Shown here: in pieces, positions 1-13,148 of the stretch
Numbering within the stretch: the first letter of the stretch is position 1
Layout: each line of letters opens with the position of its first letter
Source of the DNA: Malacoraja senta
Lineage: Eukaryota
Assembly: GCA_038087875.1 (NCBI GenBank)
Contig: CM075992.1
Span: forward strand, 10,232,001 to 10,296,000
Direction of reading: 5' to 3'
Length of the DNA: 64,000 bases
Program-made: the position numbers and the translations under genes
The notes under the pieces: model-generated
The model's database searches: none
Told to the model about the DNA's origin: nothing
Seen by the model: only the letters and a program-made list of their open reading frames with translations

Positions 1-480
1 AGTCACATCTTCCCATTTGTACCCCTTTATGCTTTCCACAGAGACCACATCTCCCTGGTCTATACAACCCTTCCACCGCAAACCACAAATGCCCGGGAAC
101 TTTACCCTGCATATGCAAGGGGTACAACACATGTACAGGCATCCTCCTCCCCCGATTCCATCCTGACACCCCGAGAGTCCATTCAGGTTAGTCACTTTTT
201 AGATCACTTGTATCTCCTCCAAACACATCATCTATATCCGTTGTTCTCGATGTGGGCTCCAATATTTTGTCATGACAAGGCGCAGACTGGGCGATCATTT
301 TGCCGAACATGCCCACTCCGTCTTGGCCTACTTGATCAGCCGGGTGCCAAACAATTTATCTTCCCTCACCATTCCCATGCTCACCTTTCTGTCCCTGTCC
401 TCCTCCACTTTTGGTCACGGAGTTGGATAGGGGCGAAGATAGATAAATAGCTGCAAATGCCACGAGGAAAGCGTGTGTTC
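1..480 (+). mobile_element. Degraded Penelope-like element fragment (GIY-YIG region)
   Basis: Decayed C..CGLQY...RRLGDHFAEH-like motif, similar to the better-preserved copy at 20225-20870. Confidence 0.6.
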
Positions 481-1549
481 CTGAGAAAGGTAACTTCATC
501 AAAGATTGGTTCGAGCACAGATGGCTTGCAGTGTTCGGTCCCATTCGCCGCAATGTAGGAATGCTGAATTACATTGAAGAAGTAGCAGAGATTCTACAAA
601 TTAACCTCTGCGTCTGAACGTGTCAGTTATGAGGAGGGCGCGGAAAGATTGCACTTATTTTTGTTCATGAGGCCAAGAAGTATTAGGTAAAGTGAATAAC
701 ACAGACATGGTGGTATGTTGGGACAATTATCACCTTGTTAGGTTTTCAACATGACAACTTTAATTAAAGGGTGAGAGGAATGTGAGAGCGCGGAAGGTTG
801 GTAAATGGAACGCAATGATCGAGGGGTAGTGGACGCAGATATTCTCACCACACTTGAGACGACCACTGGGAGTGCCATCCAATCGAAATCTACGGGTCAA
901 GTGTTAGTGAATAGGATCAATGCAGATGGAAAGATATCATCGCTTTGTAAATTGTGAGTCAAACCCCACTTTCCGTGCACCGTGGCTCTCCCTGTATGTC
1001 ATCCTGTGAGAAACACACTGGCACACATCTGACGTTTGGAATAAATATACGGAAAACACAGCAGGGAATTAAATGAACGGACATAAATATACAGGACACA
1101 CAAACAGGAAGCACTGGTAAAGAATGCACGTCTTTAGACTAAAGTCCTCTGCAAACACGATGCAATGGGATGCCAGCTCTGTTTTATATAGTGCTTTATG
1201 AATTAAGAACAGTTCTGGTATTCGTATTGAAGGCCTGATACATTGGGCATGGACACGTTGCAAGAACCACGTTGACACGAATACCTTGGGGAAGGAGTCG
1301 TGTCTGAAAGTTTGACACGCGGCTGTCGTCGGGCTGATCTTGGAATGGAGTACAAGCGCACATATCTAATGCTGACCAGTTTATGTCAGCGAGGTGAATC
1401 ATGCTTGCATCTGCTCGGTGTTCCTGTGCTAATGAGGAATAGTCAGACGGGCGGGCGCCTCCTGGAACAAATCAACCACAACTGCCCTCTTGCGTGCACT
1501 ATCATTACAGCATGCCCGCCAACGCAAGGCACAGCCTCACCTCACACAG

Positions 1550-1556
1550 TATATAG
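1550..1556 (+). promoter_or_regulatory. TATA-like box of defensin copy A
   Basis: TATATAG about 65 bp upstream of the ATG. The context (..TATA..GAGCAA) is conserved at the same position in copies B and C. Confidence 0.55.
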
Positions 1557-1618
1557 AGCAAAGTGTACAATCAAATACCCGATCTCCTTGCATTATTTGA
1601 TCCTGAACGGGCAGCGAA

Positions 1619-2745
1619 ATGAGAAACGTGCTTCTATTTCTCGTTGCAATATTGCTGCTGGCTCATCCGTTCGCGGAGGGAATTGATAAAGGTAAGGATG
1701 GATGAACATTTGTGTACACAAACGTCAAAGTATGAGGTGGGCATTATCAGAGACAAAGGAATCCCGGTTTCCTACAGCTGCTGAGATAATCGGTTGGCGC
1801 TGAGAACCAAGAACGAAGCATGAAATCTCTCACAGTACTACCAGGAGAGAATTGTGACTGCCCGCAGTCGTAGGTGATTAACGATAAATTAGAAAAGAAC
1901 CCGCTGATTCTGAGAATGTTGTTATTTTAAACCGGGGCAAAATTGATTCAGTGTAGAAAGTTAGAGGATTCATTGTAAAGCAATAGTAGGAGGTCGAGGA
2001 CAGAACCGGTGAAGTGGTTGGCAAACTTGCATAATATATTAAATATGCGCATACAATGTATGTAACAGCATTGTTTATATTTTCATTTCGAAGGACCGAC
2101 GAAACAGCTAATCTACCACTCCGTCATTTTTGACAAAGTCCGTCCATCCATCACGAAACCAAGCACAGAACTGTGTGAAAATATTTACTCCTTTGGTGAG
2201 ATTGACATTTATGAGCTCAGTATGAACTGAACTATTATTTCAAACCTTCACTGACCTGAAAAATAAAGGTCATTATCCATTGCTTTTCGTAATGACTCTC
2301 TGGCCCTGTGTAGAATCTCCTGTGTCTCATGTTGTACTGCCCTTCCGAAAAGTGCGCTGCGCTTCTCGTGTTCTTATAAAAGCCAACGTTCTTACATCAT
2401 CCCACATTCTATTCTGTCCACTGACATTCTGCTGTCTATGTTCAACTCACTGTTGCCCTGTGCATATGAGCTCTCACATTGATATCTAAAATACAGTATC
2501 AGCAGAGTTTTCTACGCTGTACAGATGGATCAGGTCTGAGTGTTTGATCCTCATCCAGTTCTTTGTCTACGCGTTGGCGATTTCCAACTGTTTATACATC
2601 TTTTATTTTGTGTCGTGCAGCACAGTGCAGACAGAAGAGAGGAAAATGTTGGAAGTATTGCCCCAAAAGCTATAAACAATCCGGAATTTGCCGCGACAAG
2701 CTAAAATGTTGCAAATCAAGTTTTGTGTATTTGCATTTTTCCTGA
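1619..2745 (+). CDS. Beta-defensin-like precursor, copy A (exons 1619-1691 and 2621-2745): MRNVLLFLVAILLLAHPFAEGIDKAQCRQKRGKCWKYCPKSYKQSGICRDKLKCCKSSFVYLHFS
   Basis: Exon 1 encodes a hydrophobic signal peptide and ends AAAG|gtaagg. A pyrimidine tract plus tgcag| acceptor lies at 2620. The phase-1 junction joins in frame (G+CA=Ala). Six Cys are spaced C-X6-C-X3-C-X9-C-X5-CC, and AATAAA overlaps the stop. Two paralogues in the window share this structure. Confidence 0.9.
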
Positions 2746-3284
2746 ATAAATAAAAATTGTGTTATCACAGCTACGCTTCTCTTTTGAAGTAACTCCCCAC
2801 TCGACGTAAAATTTATCAGGAAAGAAGCGAGCATTTGGGAACAACGGTCAGTATAGGCTGCAATACAGCAGCCATAGGCTGTTGACTGGGAGCCGTATTT
2901 TGTGCTTTACTCTCTCCTGTCCATCTGCAAAACCTGTGATATGGGTGTCAATAAAGAAAAACATGTCATCGAGAGACCACATCCATTCAAAGAAGAAAAA
3001 AACGGCAATGATGGTTCACATCTTAACTGCCTGATATATTAACCTATTGACCACATGGCTGCAGCCAGACGGCATCAATGTTCCAACACTCCCCACGCAC
3101 CCACCCCAACGTGAGTACCGTTTCGTGCTTCCGAGTATGTCATTATAATTAAAAAAGTTTACTATTACCGGTGCTGTCAGATTATTCGTTGTCAGCATTG
3201 GTTAATTAAAAAAAAAACTGCCACACGGTGCTGATTCAATAAGCAGGGGTAAGGCAGGCCTGTATTAAAACGTACCCCTCAAAT

Positions 3285-6200
3285 TCAACTAGAACGGTTG
3301 GGGGGAGGGACTCAAATAGAGAAAGCTAGTAGACAGTGTGTGAGGCAGGAAGCAGAGAATGGAAGCACTCAGGCCCAACATGTAGGGGGGAAAGAAGAAA
3401 AATATAATAAACAGAGAATAAGAGGTGGTAGGTTTCTTAAATGTGTGAGCAGAGAGACAGAGGGGGTGTAAAATGAGGGTAGAAGCAATAGGTAGCAAGG
3501 TGAAAAGTAAAAGTGGTGGGCAGACAAATTCAGGGCAAAAATCAAAAGGGCCATTTTTCAACATAATTGTAAAACAAGCCTGAAGGCTTTGTGTCTCAAT
3601 GCAAGGAGCATTCGTAATAAGGTGGATGAGTTGAATGTGCAGATAGCTATTAATGACTATGATATAGTTGGGATCACGGAGACATGGCTCCAGGGTGACC
3701 AAGGCTGGGAGCTGAACGTCCAGGGATATTCAATATTCAGGAGGGATAGACAGAAAGGAAAAGATGGGGTAGCATTGCTGGTTAGAGAGGAGATTAACGC
3801 AATAGAAAGGAAGAACATTAGCTTGGAGGATGTGGAATCGATATGGGTAGAGCTGCGAAACACTGAGGGGCAGAAAATGCTAGTGGGAGTTGCGTACAGG
3901 CCACCTAACAGTAGTAGTGGAGTTGGGGATGGCATCAAACAGGAAATTAGAAATGCGTGCAACAAAGGTAAAACAGTTCTAATGGGTGACTTCAATCTAC
4001 ATATAGATTGGGTGAATCAAATTGGCAGGGGTGCTGAGGAAGAGGATTTCTTGGAATGTCTGCGGGATAGTTTTCTAAATCAACATGTAGAGGAACCAAC
4101 TTGAGAGCAGGCTATTCTAGACTGGGTATTGAGTAATGAGGAAGGTTTAGTTAGCAGTCTTGTTGTGCGTCGCCCCTTGGGCAAGAGTGACCATAATATG
4201 GTTGAGTTCATCATTAGGATGGAGAGTGACATAATTAATTCAGAAACAAGGGTTCTGAGCTTAAAGAAAGGTAACTTTGAGGGTATGAGACGTGAATTGG
4301 CCAAGATAGACTGGCAATTGATTTTTAAAGGGTTGACGGTGGACATGCAATGGAAGGCATTTAAAGACTGCATGGATGAACTACAACAATTGTTCATCCC
4401 AGTTTGGCAAAAGAATAAATCAGGGAAGGTAGTGCATCCGTGGATAACAAGGGAAATCGGGGATAGTATCAAAACAAAAGCTGAAGCATACAAATCAGCC
4501 AGAAAAAGCAGCCTACCAGAGGACTGGGAGAAATTCAGAGTCCAGCAGAGGAGGACAAAGGGTTTAATTAGGAATGGGAAAATAGATTATGAAAGAAAAA
4601 TTGCAGGGAACATAAAAACTGACTGCAAAAGTTTTTATAGATATGTGAAGAGAAAAAGATTAGTTAAAACGAATGTAGGTCCCTTGCACTCAGAAACAGT
4701 TGTATTGATAATGGGGAACAAGGACATGGCAGACCAATTGAATAACTACTTTGGTTCTGTCTTCACTAAGGAAGACTTAATTAATCTGCCGGAAATAGCA
4801 GGGGACCTGGAGTCAAATGAGATGGAGGAACTGAGTGAAATCCAGGTTAGCCGGGAAGTGGTGTTAGGTAAATTGAATGGATTATAGGACGACAAATCCC
4901 CACGGCCAGATAGGCTGCATCCCAGAGTACTTAAGGCAGTAGCCCCAGAAATAGTGGATGCATGAGTGATCATTTTTTCAAAACTCTTTAGATTCTGGAG
5001 TAGTTCCTGAGGATTGGAGGGTAGCTAATGTAACCCCACTATTTAAAAAGGGAGGAAGAGAGAAAACGGGGAATTACAGACCAGTTAGTCTAACATCGGT
5101 AGTGGGGAAAATGCTAGTCAGTTATTAAAGATGGAATAGCAGCACATTTGGAAAATGGTGAAATCATTGTACAAAGTCAGCATGGATTTATGAAAGGTAA
5201 ATCATGTCTGCCGAATCTTATAGAAATTTTCGAGGATGTAACTCGTAGAGTGGATAAGGGAGAACTAGTGGATGTGTTATATCAGGACTTTCAGAAGGCT
5301 TTCCTCAAGGTCCCACATAAGAGATTAATATACAAACTTAAAGCACACGGTATTGGGGTTCAGTATTGATGTGGATAGCGAACTGGCTGGCAGACAGGAA
5401 GCAAAGAGTAGGAGTAAACGGGTCCTTTTCAGAATGGCAGGTAGTGACTAGTGGGGTACCGCAAGGCTCAGTGCTGGGACCCCAGCTATTTACAAAATAT
5501 ATTAATGATTTAGACGAGGGAATTGAATGCAACATCTCCAGGTTTGCGGATGACACGAAGCTTGGGGGCAGTTTTAGCTGTGAGGAGGGTGCTAGGAGGT
5601 TGCAGGATGACTTGGATAGGCTGGGTGAGTGGGCAAATGCATGGCAGATGCAGTATAATGTGGATAAATGTGAGGTTATCCACTTTGGTGGCAAAAACAG
5701 GAAAGTAGACTATTACCTGAATGGCGGCCGATTAGGAAAAGGGGAGATGCAACGAGACCAGGGTGTCATGGTACACCAGTCATTGAAAGTAGGCATGCAG
5801 GTGCAGCAGGCAGTGAACAAAGCGTATGGTATGTTAGCATTCATAGCAAAAGGGTTTGAGAATAGGAGCAGGGAGGTTCTACTGCAGTTGTACAGGGTCT
5901 TGGTGAGACCACACCTGGAGTATTGCGTACAGTTTTGGTCTCCTAATCTGAGGAGAAACATTCTTGCCATAGAGGGAGTACAGAGAAGGTTCACCAGACT
6001 GATTCCTGGGATGTCAGGACTTTCATATGAAGAAAGACTGGATAGACTCTGCTTGTACTCGCTAGAATTTAGAAGATTGAGGGGGGATCTTATGGAAACT
6101 TACAACATTCTTAAAGGGTTAGACAGGCTAGATGCAGGAAGATTGTTCCCGATGTTGGGGAAGTCCAGAACAAGGGGTCACAGTTTAAGGATAAAGGGGA

Positions 6201-6481
6201 AATCTTTTAGGACTGAGATGAGAAAAATATTTTTTACACAGAGAGTGGTGAATCTGTGGAATTCTCTGCAACAGAATGTAGTTGAGGCCAGTTCATTGGC
6301 TATATTTAAGAGGGAGTTAGATGTGGCCCTTGTGGCTAAAGGGATCAGGGAGTATGGAGAGAAAGCAGGTACAGGATACTGAGTTGGATGATCAGCCATG
6401 ATCATATTGAATGGAGGTGCAGGCTCGAAGGGCCGAATGGCCTACTCCTGCACCTATTTTCTATGTTTCTATGTTTCTATG
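3285..6481 (+). mobile_element. CR1-clade LINE, 5'-truncated, ORF2 (APE endonuclease + RT) disrupted
   Basis: ORFs 3589-4104 (LNARSI, GITETWL, MGDFN), 4129-4887 and 5366-6382 (GVPQGSVLGP, FADDTKL), plus a (TTTCTATG)n tail. The empty site is visible in the paralogous unit near 41650. Confidence 0.95.
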
Positions 6482-6616
6482 CTTCCAATTTCTCCCTCTC
6501 GCCTCAGATCTATTAATTCTAGTTCCTGTTTCTGCTGCATCGAGGAAAAGCAATTTTCTAAGCAACCTTAAAAAAAAAAGTCCAGCAAGTTTACCGAGAC
6601 ATTAGCCCCTGTGTAG

Positions 6617-7098
6617 AAGTCAAAGTCAAAGTCAAAGTTAATTTTATTCGTCACATGCACATCACATGCAGTGAAAAAAAGTTGCCTGCAGCGATACACT
6701 TAAAAAGAACACGCAATACACAATAAAATTTAACACAAACATCCACCACAGCATTCTTCATTGTGGTGGAAGGCAACAAAGTTCAGCCAATCCTCCTCCT
6801 TTGTTCACCCGTGGTCGGGGCCATAAACCCTCCGTATTCGCCGCTACAGACGGTCCTCGTTGTGGAGGCCCTCTCGTCGGGATGATACAAACTCCAACGT
6901 CGGGACGGTGAAACACACTCCGGGGCATGGAGGTTCCGAATCCGCGGTTTCACGATGTTATAGGCCGCAGGCCGGCGATCGGAGCTTTTCTCCGGCGAGG
7001 GATCCCAGACACTGGATGGTCAGTCCACGCCCCGCCCGCGGCTAGAAGCTCCGCAGACCGTGGATTCAGGATTTGATAGGCCGCGGGCCGGCGCACGG
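6617..7098 (-). mobile_element. Retroposon 3' fragment / SINE-like insertion with (TTTGAC)n tail
   Basis: Absent from the paralogous unit (~41510). Has a microsatellite tail. Related sequence occurs at ~23840-24025 and ~35240-35435. Confidence 0.6.
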
Positions 7099-7324
7099 AG
7101 AAAACCACGTTGCATCCTCCTAAACATCCCACACATTTACAATATAAATACTGTCCTACCAAATTCCATAAGCAACTCCCCTACATTAATATTGCGCCGG
7201 CTGGCGTGTAGTTATCCATACTGACCGTTCACAATAAGGGGATAAAACCAGAATCCTGCCTTACTCATCAGTCACTTATAAAGATGGATTGACCTCTGTT
7301 ACAAGCCCAGAATTTAGAAAAAGG

Positions 7325-7610
7325 TACAGCATAGAAAAAGGCCATTCAGCCAACCGAGTCCGTACTGACCAATGATCACCCGTTCAAACTAATTTATGCT
7401 ATCCCACATTCTCATCCATTCCCCACACATTAGGGACAATTTACAGAGGCCAATTAACCTACAAACTGACCCATTCTTAAGATGTGTCAGGAAATTGGAG
7501 CTGGAGGAACCAGGAGGAAGCCCACGCGTTCACTGGTAGAATGTGCAACCGGCACACAGAAAGTACCCGAGGTCACCATCGACCCGCATCACAGGCGCTG
7601 AAGATGTCGC
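7325..7610 (-). mobile_element. HE1/V-SINE-like element
   Basis: Degenerate V-domain-like core (..gcacattctacc..cgcgtgggcttcctcc..) with a CR1-like 3' tail. Paralogous copies at ~32955-33200 (-) and ~41010-41290 (+). Confidence 0.65.
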
Positions 7611-8359
7611 TTTGCAACTTGTACTAATGTTCAGCCAATTCTGCACTTTCCACCCACTGGCGACTGTGATAGATCCCGCCAGAATCTGGAGATTTGTCCA
7701 TCTAAGTGACCAAGTGTTTTAGTTTCCCTTGTAATTCAGCAATCTACAAAATATTAGACTGTTTCGCCACGTTTAAGACGCCGCTGACCACCTGTCCGCT
7801 GAACTGTTAGTATCTTATTTTGAAATTCTTCGCACTGATTAATGTCACTTTGCCACTCTAGCCACTGCCACCAATCTATTTCCACTTCTCGTGCACGATT
7901 GAATCCGCCTCTCCACAGTTTAGGGCCGTGGGTCGATAAATAACCTTATATATTTCCAAAGACTTAACAGAACGCCTGGAACGTGATGCTGACCGAAGTA
8001 TTTATATTGGTATGAAACACGGCTTCCTGTTCCACCGATTACACGTACAAGTCCTGGTAACACGACGTCCCATGATTGCATTGAGCACCTGTTACGCCCC
8101 GACCTGTCAAGTCAGGCATCGTGTCCATCGCGCACAAACAGTTACTGGGAAATATTCAGGCTGCAGAGAAGGCAAAATCGGTAAAATGAGGCAGGCAAGA
8201 AACAAAACAAGGCAGCGTTCCATGGCTAGGTGAACCCCACCAAATACGACGTAGGACAGCAGGTCGTGCTGCGCGACATCCCATGCACAGCAGACCCATC
8301 CCCTAGTTTCTCATGATGTGATGACATCGTTGTTGACCATATTATCTCTACAGGGTATC

Positions 8360-8776
8360 AACTAACGTGTCGATATGCGATTCCTCCTAATAGATAAATC
8401 AGACCAATTCTTAACGAGTTGGTCTCCATTTGTCGACTTTTTGGAAGCATATGGTGCAACAGAATCGTAGAAACTAACTGTTCCAGGACTGGGTGAGGGA
8501 TGCTCAAGAATATCAATAACGATCTCCTTAATCTCTTATTTTCACACTTTCTCTTTCTATCTTCCTTTCTGCACTTTTCTTCTTTCACCCTTTTTCCTTC
8601 TCACACACTGTATATCACACGTTTTTCTGTCTTTTATTGTCTATTCTCTCTTTTTCTTTTTCATTATAAAAATAATAAGCTGTACATAAAATGTAAGATG
8701 TCAATATATATTAGGCACCTTGGTGCCATATGACTGTACTTACTTCTAATAAAATAAAAATATTTAAAAAAAAAAC
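8360..8776 (+). mobile_element. Probable L1/Tx1-like LINE 3' end
   Basis: Pyrimidine-rich 3' UTR, AATAAA and A-rich tail resembling 57400-57750. Confidence 0.5.
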
Positions 8777-8854
8777 TGACGTGTCGATAAAAAAGAATCT
8801 AATCCATGGTTTAGTACAACTTAATATTTATTAACGAGTAACTTAAAAAGCTGG

Positions 8855-11800
8855 TATACTGGACTCGCTGGATGTCCCTATCCAGCTATCTAGCAAGTTA
8901 AACAATTAATCCAATAAAGACCCGGAGACACGAGATGTCGTTGATTCTTTACTGTATTCAACTGTGAAACTGTAACATACAAGCAGAAAGGGAAACCGCA
9001 TATTTAGTAACGTTATACACTTGGTATAGAAACATAAACTATGATGCCGCCACTAAATACAGTGTTGTTATGTGAGAAACCAACCAGGGTACATGAAACA
9101 TTCTTAACTTTGTTAATAATAGCAATCATGCTCAATAACGTTCATAGCATATGAAGATGCTGTTAACAAACATAATTACTCACAGACATTGCGTCTAACA
9201 AACTGGTGGGGTAGGATGGCGATAGATTACACACTGAGAATTACACTGTCTACACCCTCTGGGCTGGACTTCCTAGATTATGATAACTTCCTGCCTAACA
9301 GGAAAGGTAACTCAAAGCTGTAGGAACCTGAATATCCAGCAGGTGGCATTAATACCTGTAAACAGAATGTGGTCCAGCACCCTCCCCGCCTGGGGTCTCC
9401 CAGATCACATGCAAATTTCCCATTTAACCCCCAGAGTCTTCGGGAGACAGGAGGAGAACCACTTCGGTGATTGGGCAGACGTAGAGCTTCTGGCCTCCAT
9501 CTTTGAAGATTCTGAATTCCACTCTCCGAACCTTCGCATCCTGACTTGGAAAGGTCTTTGAGATGATTGCCATGGGCCACTCACTTCTTGAGGGATTCAG
9601 CACAGTAAGGACCTGCGTCATGTTAGTTGCAAGAGGACGGATCTCACTATCTAGATCCGGCTCCGCGACCTCAAAGGTCTCTTGAGGTAAAACATTGCAG
9701 GTATGTGGTCTCTTGAGAAACGCTGGTCGTGACAGCCAGGTGGTGGTGCAGTGTGGAGCTTCTGGGATGGACCGTGATCCGGGGTCAGCTGGGTTGTCAT
9801 CCGTGAGAACAAACCTCCACTGATGAAATCACGAAACCTGATAGATGTGTTGGACACGACTGTGGACGTATGTGTAAAACCGCCCTGACCGGTTACAGAT
9901 GTACCCCAGCACTACTTTGCTGTCCGTGTGGTAGATGATGTCGTCGAATGACAAGTCCATCTCCTTCACAATCATCTCTGCGATTTTGACAGCCAGGACC
10001 GCTGCACACAATTCCAGTCTTGGAATAGTGAGCTCTGGCTGGGTTGCCAGCTTTGCTTTCCCAAAGATGATGCCCACTTCCGTTATTCCATCTTCGGTGG
10101 TGACCCTCAGATAGGCACCTGCGGTAATGGCCTTGACTGATGCGTCTGAGAACAGACGAAGCTCCTTTTGTAGCATGCTCAACTTTGAGAATGTGGTGTA
10201 GGGGCGTGGAATCTGTAGCATATGTAGATCCTGGAGCGCGTCCCTGCACTTGGGTAGGTCTATGTGCTGCACCATGACCTACATCGCCAACAACTACCCA
10301 TCCCAGATCCAGCTTCTGGGCGAACGGGGCATTGTTGGGACCGTTAATTAGTTTCCACACTTTATGCACCTGCAGAATATCTCTTCCCAATAGGAGCAGT
10401 ATTTTGGCGTTTGGGTCCAGTGGAGGAATCACATTGGCAATGCATCTGAGATGGCTGTGGTGACGCGCAGCATTGGGAGTGGGGATCTCGGCACGGTTGT
10501 TAGGCACTTGATTGCATTCTAGGAGTGGAGGAAGAGGGAGCAATGTCTTCTCATCCACAGACTCCACCATGTAACCGCAGGCTGTTCTACCTGCAGTCTG
10601 CTTGAGCCCGGCACATGTCCGCAGTGTATATGGCTTAAGATTTCCTTTGATCTCAAAGATATTGAAAAACTCAGATGTTGCAAGGGAGCGGTTGCTCTGT
10701 TCATCTAAGATGGCGTACATCCCGCGTGCCTCTTGGCGACGTCCTTCTGGATAGACTGAGATGAGACATATCTTAGCAGATGCTCTCGCGCTGACCCCAT
10801 CACCGCACACCTCTGTGCATCTGGAGGTGATCTCCTGGTTTACTGCTACCTCTTCCTCCCCGCCATGCTCAGATGCGGGGGGAGATGGCTTGGACTTCCA
10901 AGGGGCTGGGCCTGGATGTAGAGCAGAGAGGTGTCTGTCACTGTCGCACTCAGTACATTTCACTTCTGCTGTACAGTTCTTGGCGAAATGACTTGTGGAG
11001 GAGCAGCAGCGGAAACAAATGGAATGTTCCTTAATGAAGTGTTTGCGGTCTTCCAGCCTCTTTTCTCTGAAGGCTCTGCACTTCTTTAATGGATGAATCT
11101 TGGCATGGATGGGGCACAGCTTCGATGGGTCGCTGTATTTCTGTGTCCCAGGAGTTGTTGAAGATGCTTGTGTCCTGTGGACGGAGAAGAGGGTTTTACC
11201 ATATCTCTCTATGTTGTCCCGCTGGACGCGAGAAGCAAAGATTGAAGCTGGGATCCGTTCTGGTTTTTGCCTCCGTGCGGATAAAGTCGGCAAACACTTT
11301 AAATGGGGGGGAAAGAGATGCGGTGGCGGCGTTTATAATTGGATCCAAAGCCGGTCCACTTTTCCTGGATGTTATGAGGAAGCTTCTCAACGATCGGTGC
11401 AACTCCCCTGAAGGTATCGAGGTAAGCCAAACCAGGTAGATACCCATCAACCTTTGCCGCTTCGATTTCTGACAGAAGGTCCCCGAGCTCACGTAGCTTG
11501 TATGGCTCTTTGATGGTGATCCTGGGAAAGTTCTCAAGCTTGGTAAAGAGGGCATGCTCAATAGACTCGGGTGAACCATAAATTTCTTCGAGCCTCTGCC
11601 AAGCCATCTTCAACCCTGCTGTTGGATTCCTCATGTTGACAGCCTTAATTCTTGTTGCGTGCTCCGAGGATTCTTTTCCGAGCCATTTTACCAAAAGACC
11701 TAGATCTTCTCTGGGTGAAAGGCCTAGGCCTGCTATGGCGTTTTGGAAGGAGGATCTCCAAGCCCAGTAATTCTCAGGCTTGTCATTAAAGGCCGTCAAT

Positions 11801-13148
11801 CCTGTTGTAACGAGCTGGCTGCGGGCAAGGTATCTGGGGAGGTCCATGGTGGTGGGATTGATATCGTTGGTGGCTTGAGGAGAGTTGATAAAGCCGCTGT
11901 GCAGAAAGGTTGCCTTTGGCATTCTATCCTCCAATTTAGGCTCCACGTTTCCTTGCTCATTACTGGGATTGTGATGCCTATGAAATGAACTGGCCAGATT
12001 AGATTTGTTCTGATGAACGTCTGGCAATGGACAAAATAGTATGCTACCACTCTCAATATCATAATCGGTGACATGTTGGCTTGACTTTATGCTGGCTTGC
12101 TCTATGACGTAGTCCAGAGTACGCTCGTGTTGGGTTTGAGGGCGAACAGGGCTCGGTGATCTATTACGTGACCCTTGTTCTGCTAATAAACCTGCTTCTA
12201 TGGTGTCGGCCTCTGCAATGGCTGCTTTCATCTCTCTTTCTTGCTGCAAGGCCTCTAAGGTCGCCTGCATCCACGTAGCCTCGACCATCATCTCCACCTG
12301 CATCCGCGTAGCCTCCGCCTGCATCCGCGCAGCCTCGACCTTCATCCGCGCAGCCTCGACCTTCATATCTATCTCTCTCTGAGCGAATGCTGCTCTGGCT
12401 TCGGCTGCTTTTGCTTTAGCCCGTGCTTTAAGGGCCGCCATGCTGGCACTGAAACTCGCTGCAGTGCGGTAAGAACGAATACTGGGAGACTTGGCTTCAT
12501 TCCGTGAAGCGTTGTCTTGGTTGCTTGTTGCCGTGGCGTTGAGGTGTGGACGTACAATGTGATGATGTGAGCCACCCTGTCGTACAGCTTGGTGTGGTGC
12601 TGTCTTTTCACTATATTGGACTCGCTGGATGTCCCTATCCAGCTATCTAGCAAGTTAAACAATTAATCCAATAAAGACCCGGAGACACAAGATGTCGTTG
12701 ATTCTTTACTGTATTCAACTGTGAAACTGTAACATACAAGCAGAAAGGGAAACCGCATATTTAGTAACGTTATACACTTGGTATAGAAACATAAACTATG
12801 ATGCCGCCACTAAATACAGTGCTGTTATGTGAGAAACCAACCATGGTACATGAAACATTCTTAACTTTGTTAATAATAGCAATCATGCTCAATAACGTTT
12901 ATAGCATATGAAGATGCTGTTAACAAACATAATTACTCACAGACATTGCGTCTAACAAACTGGTGGGGTAGGATGGCGATAGATTACACACTGAGTATTA
13001 CACTGTCTACACCATGCGGTACCCTCTTGGTTGGACTTCCTATATAATGATAACTTCCTGCCTAACAGGAAAGGTAACTCAAATCTGTAGGAACCTGAAT
13101 ATCCAGCAGGTGGCATTAATACCTGTAAACAGAAAATGGTCCAGCACA
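8855..13148 (-). mobile_element. BEL/Pao LTR retrotransposon, internally deleted
   Basis: Two ~530-bp near-identical LTRs (8855-9381 and 12612-13148), a 5-bp TSD GCTGG on both sides, and a polypurine tract at ~9381-9393. Gag (11299-12441) has Cys/His knuckles. A protease motif (AILDEQSNRS) and Pao RNase H region (FSDAS, TIPRLELCAA) are present. Confidence 0.93.

Noticed and set aside
1196..1402. Antisense 68-aa ORF similar to ORF 19509-19808
   Set aside because: The similarity is explained by the duplicated flank. The frame is kept only through compensating indels, the copy C equivalent has an early stop, and there is no recognisable domain.
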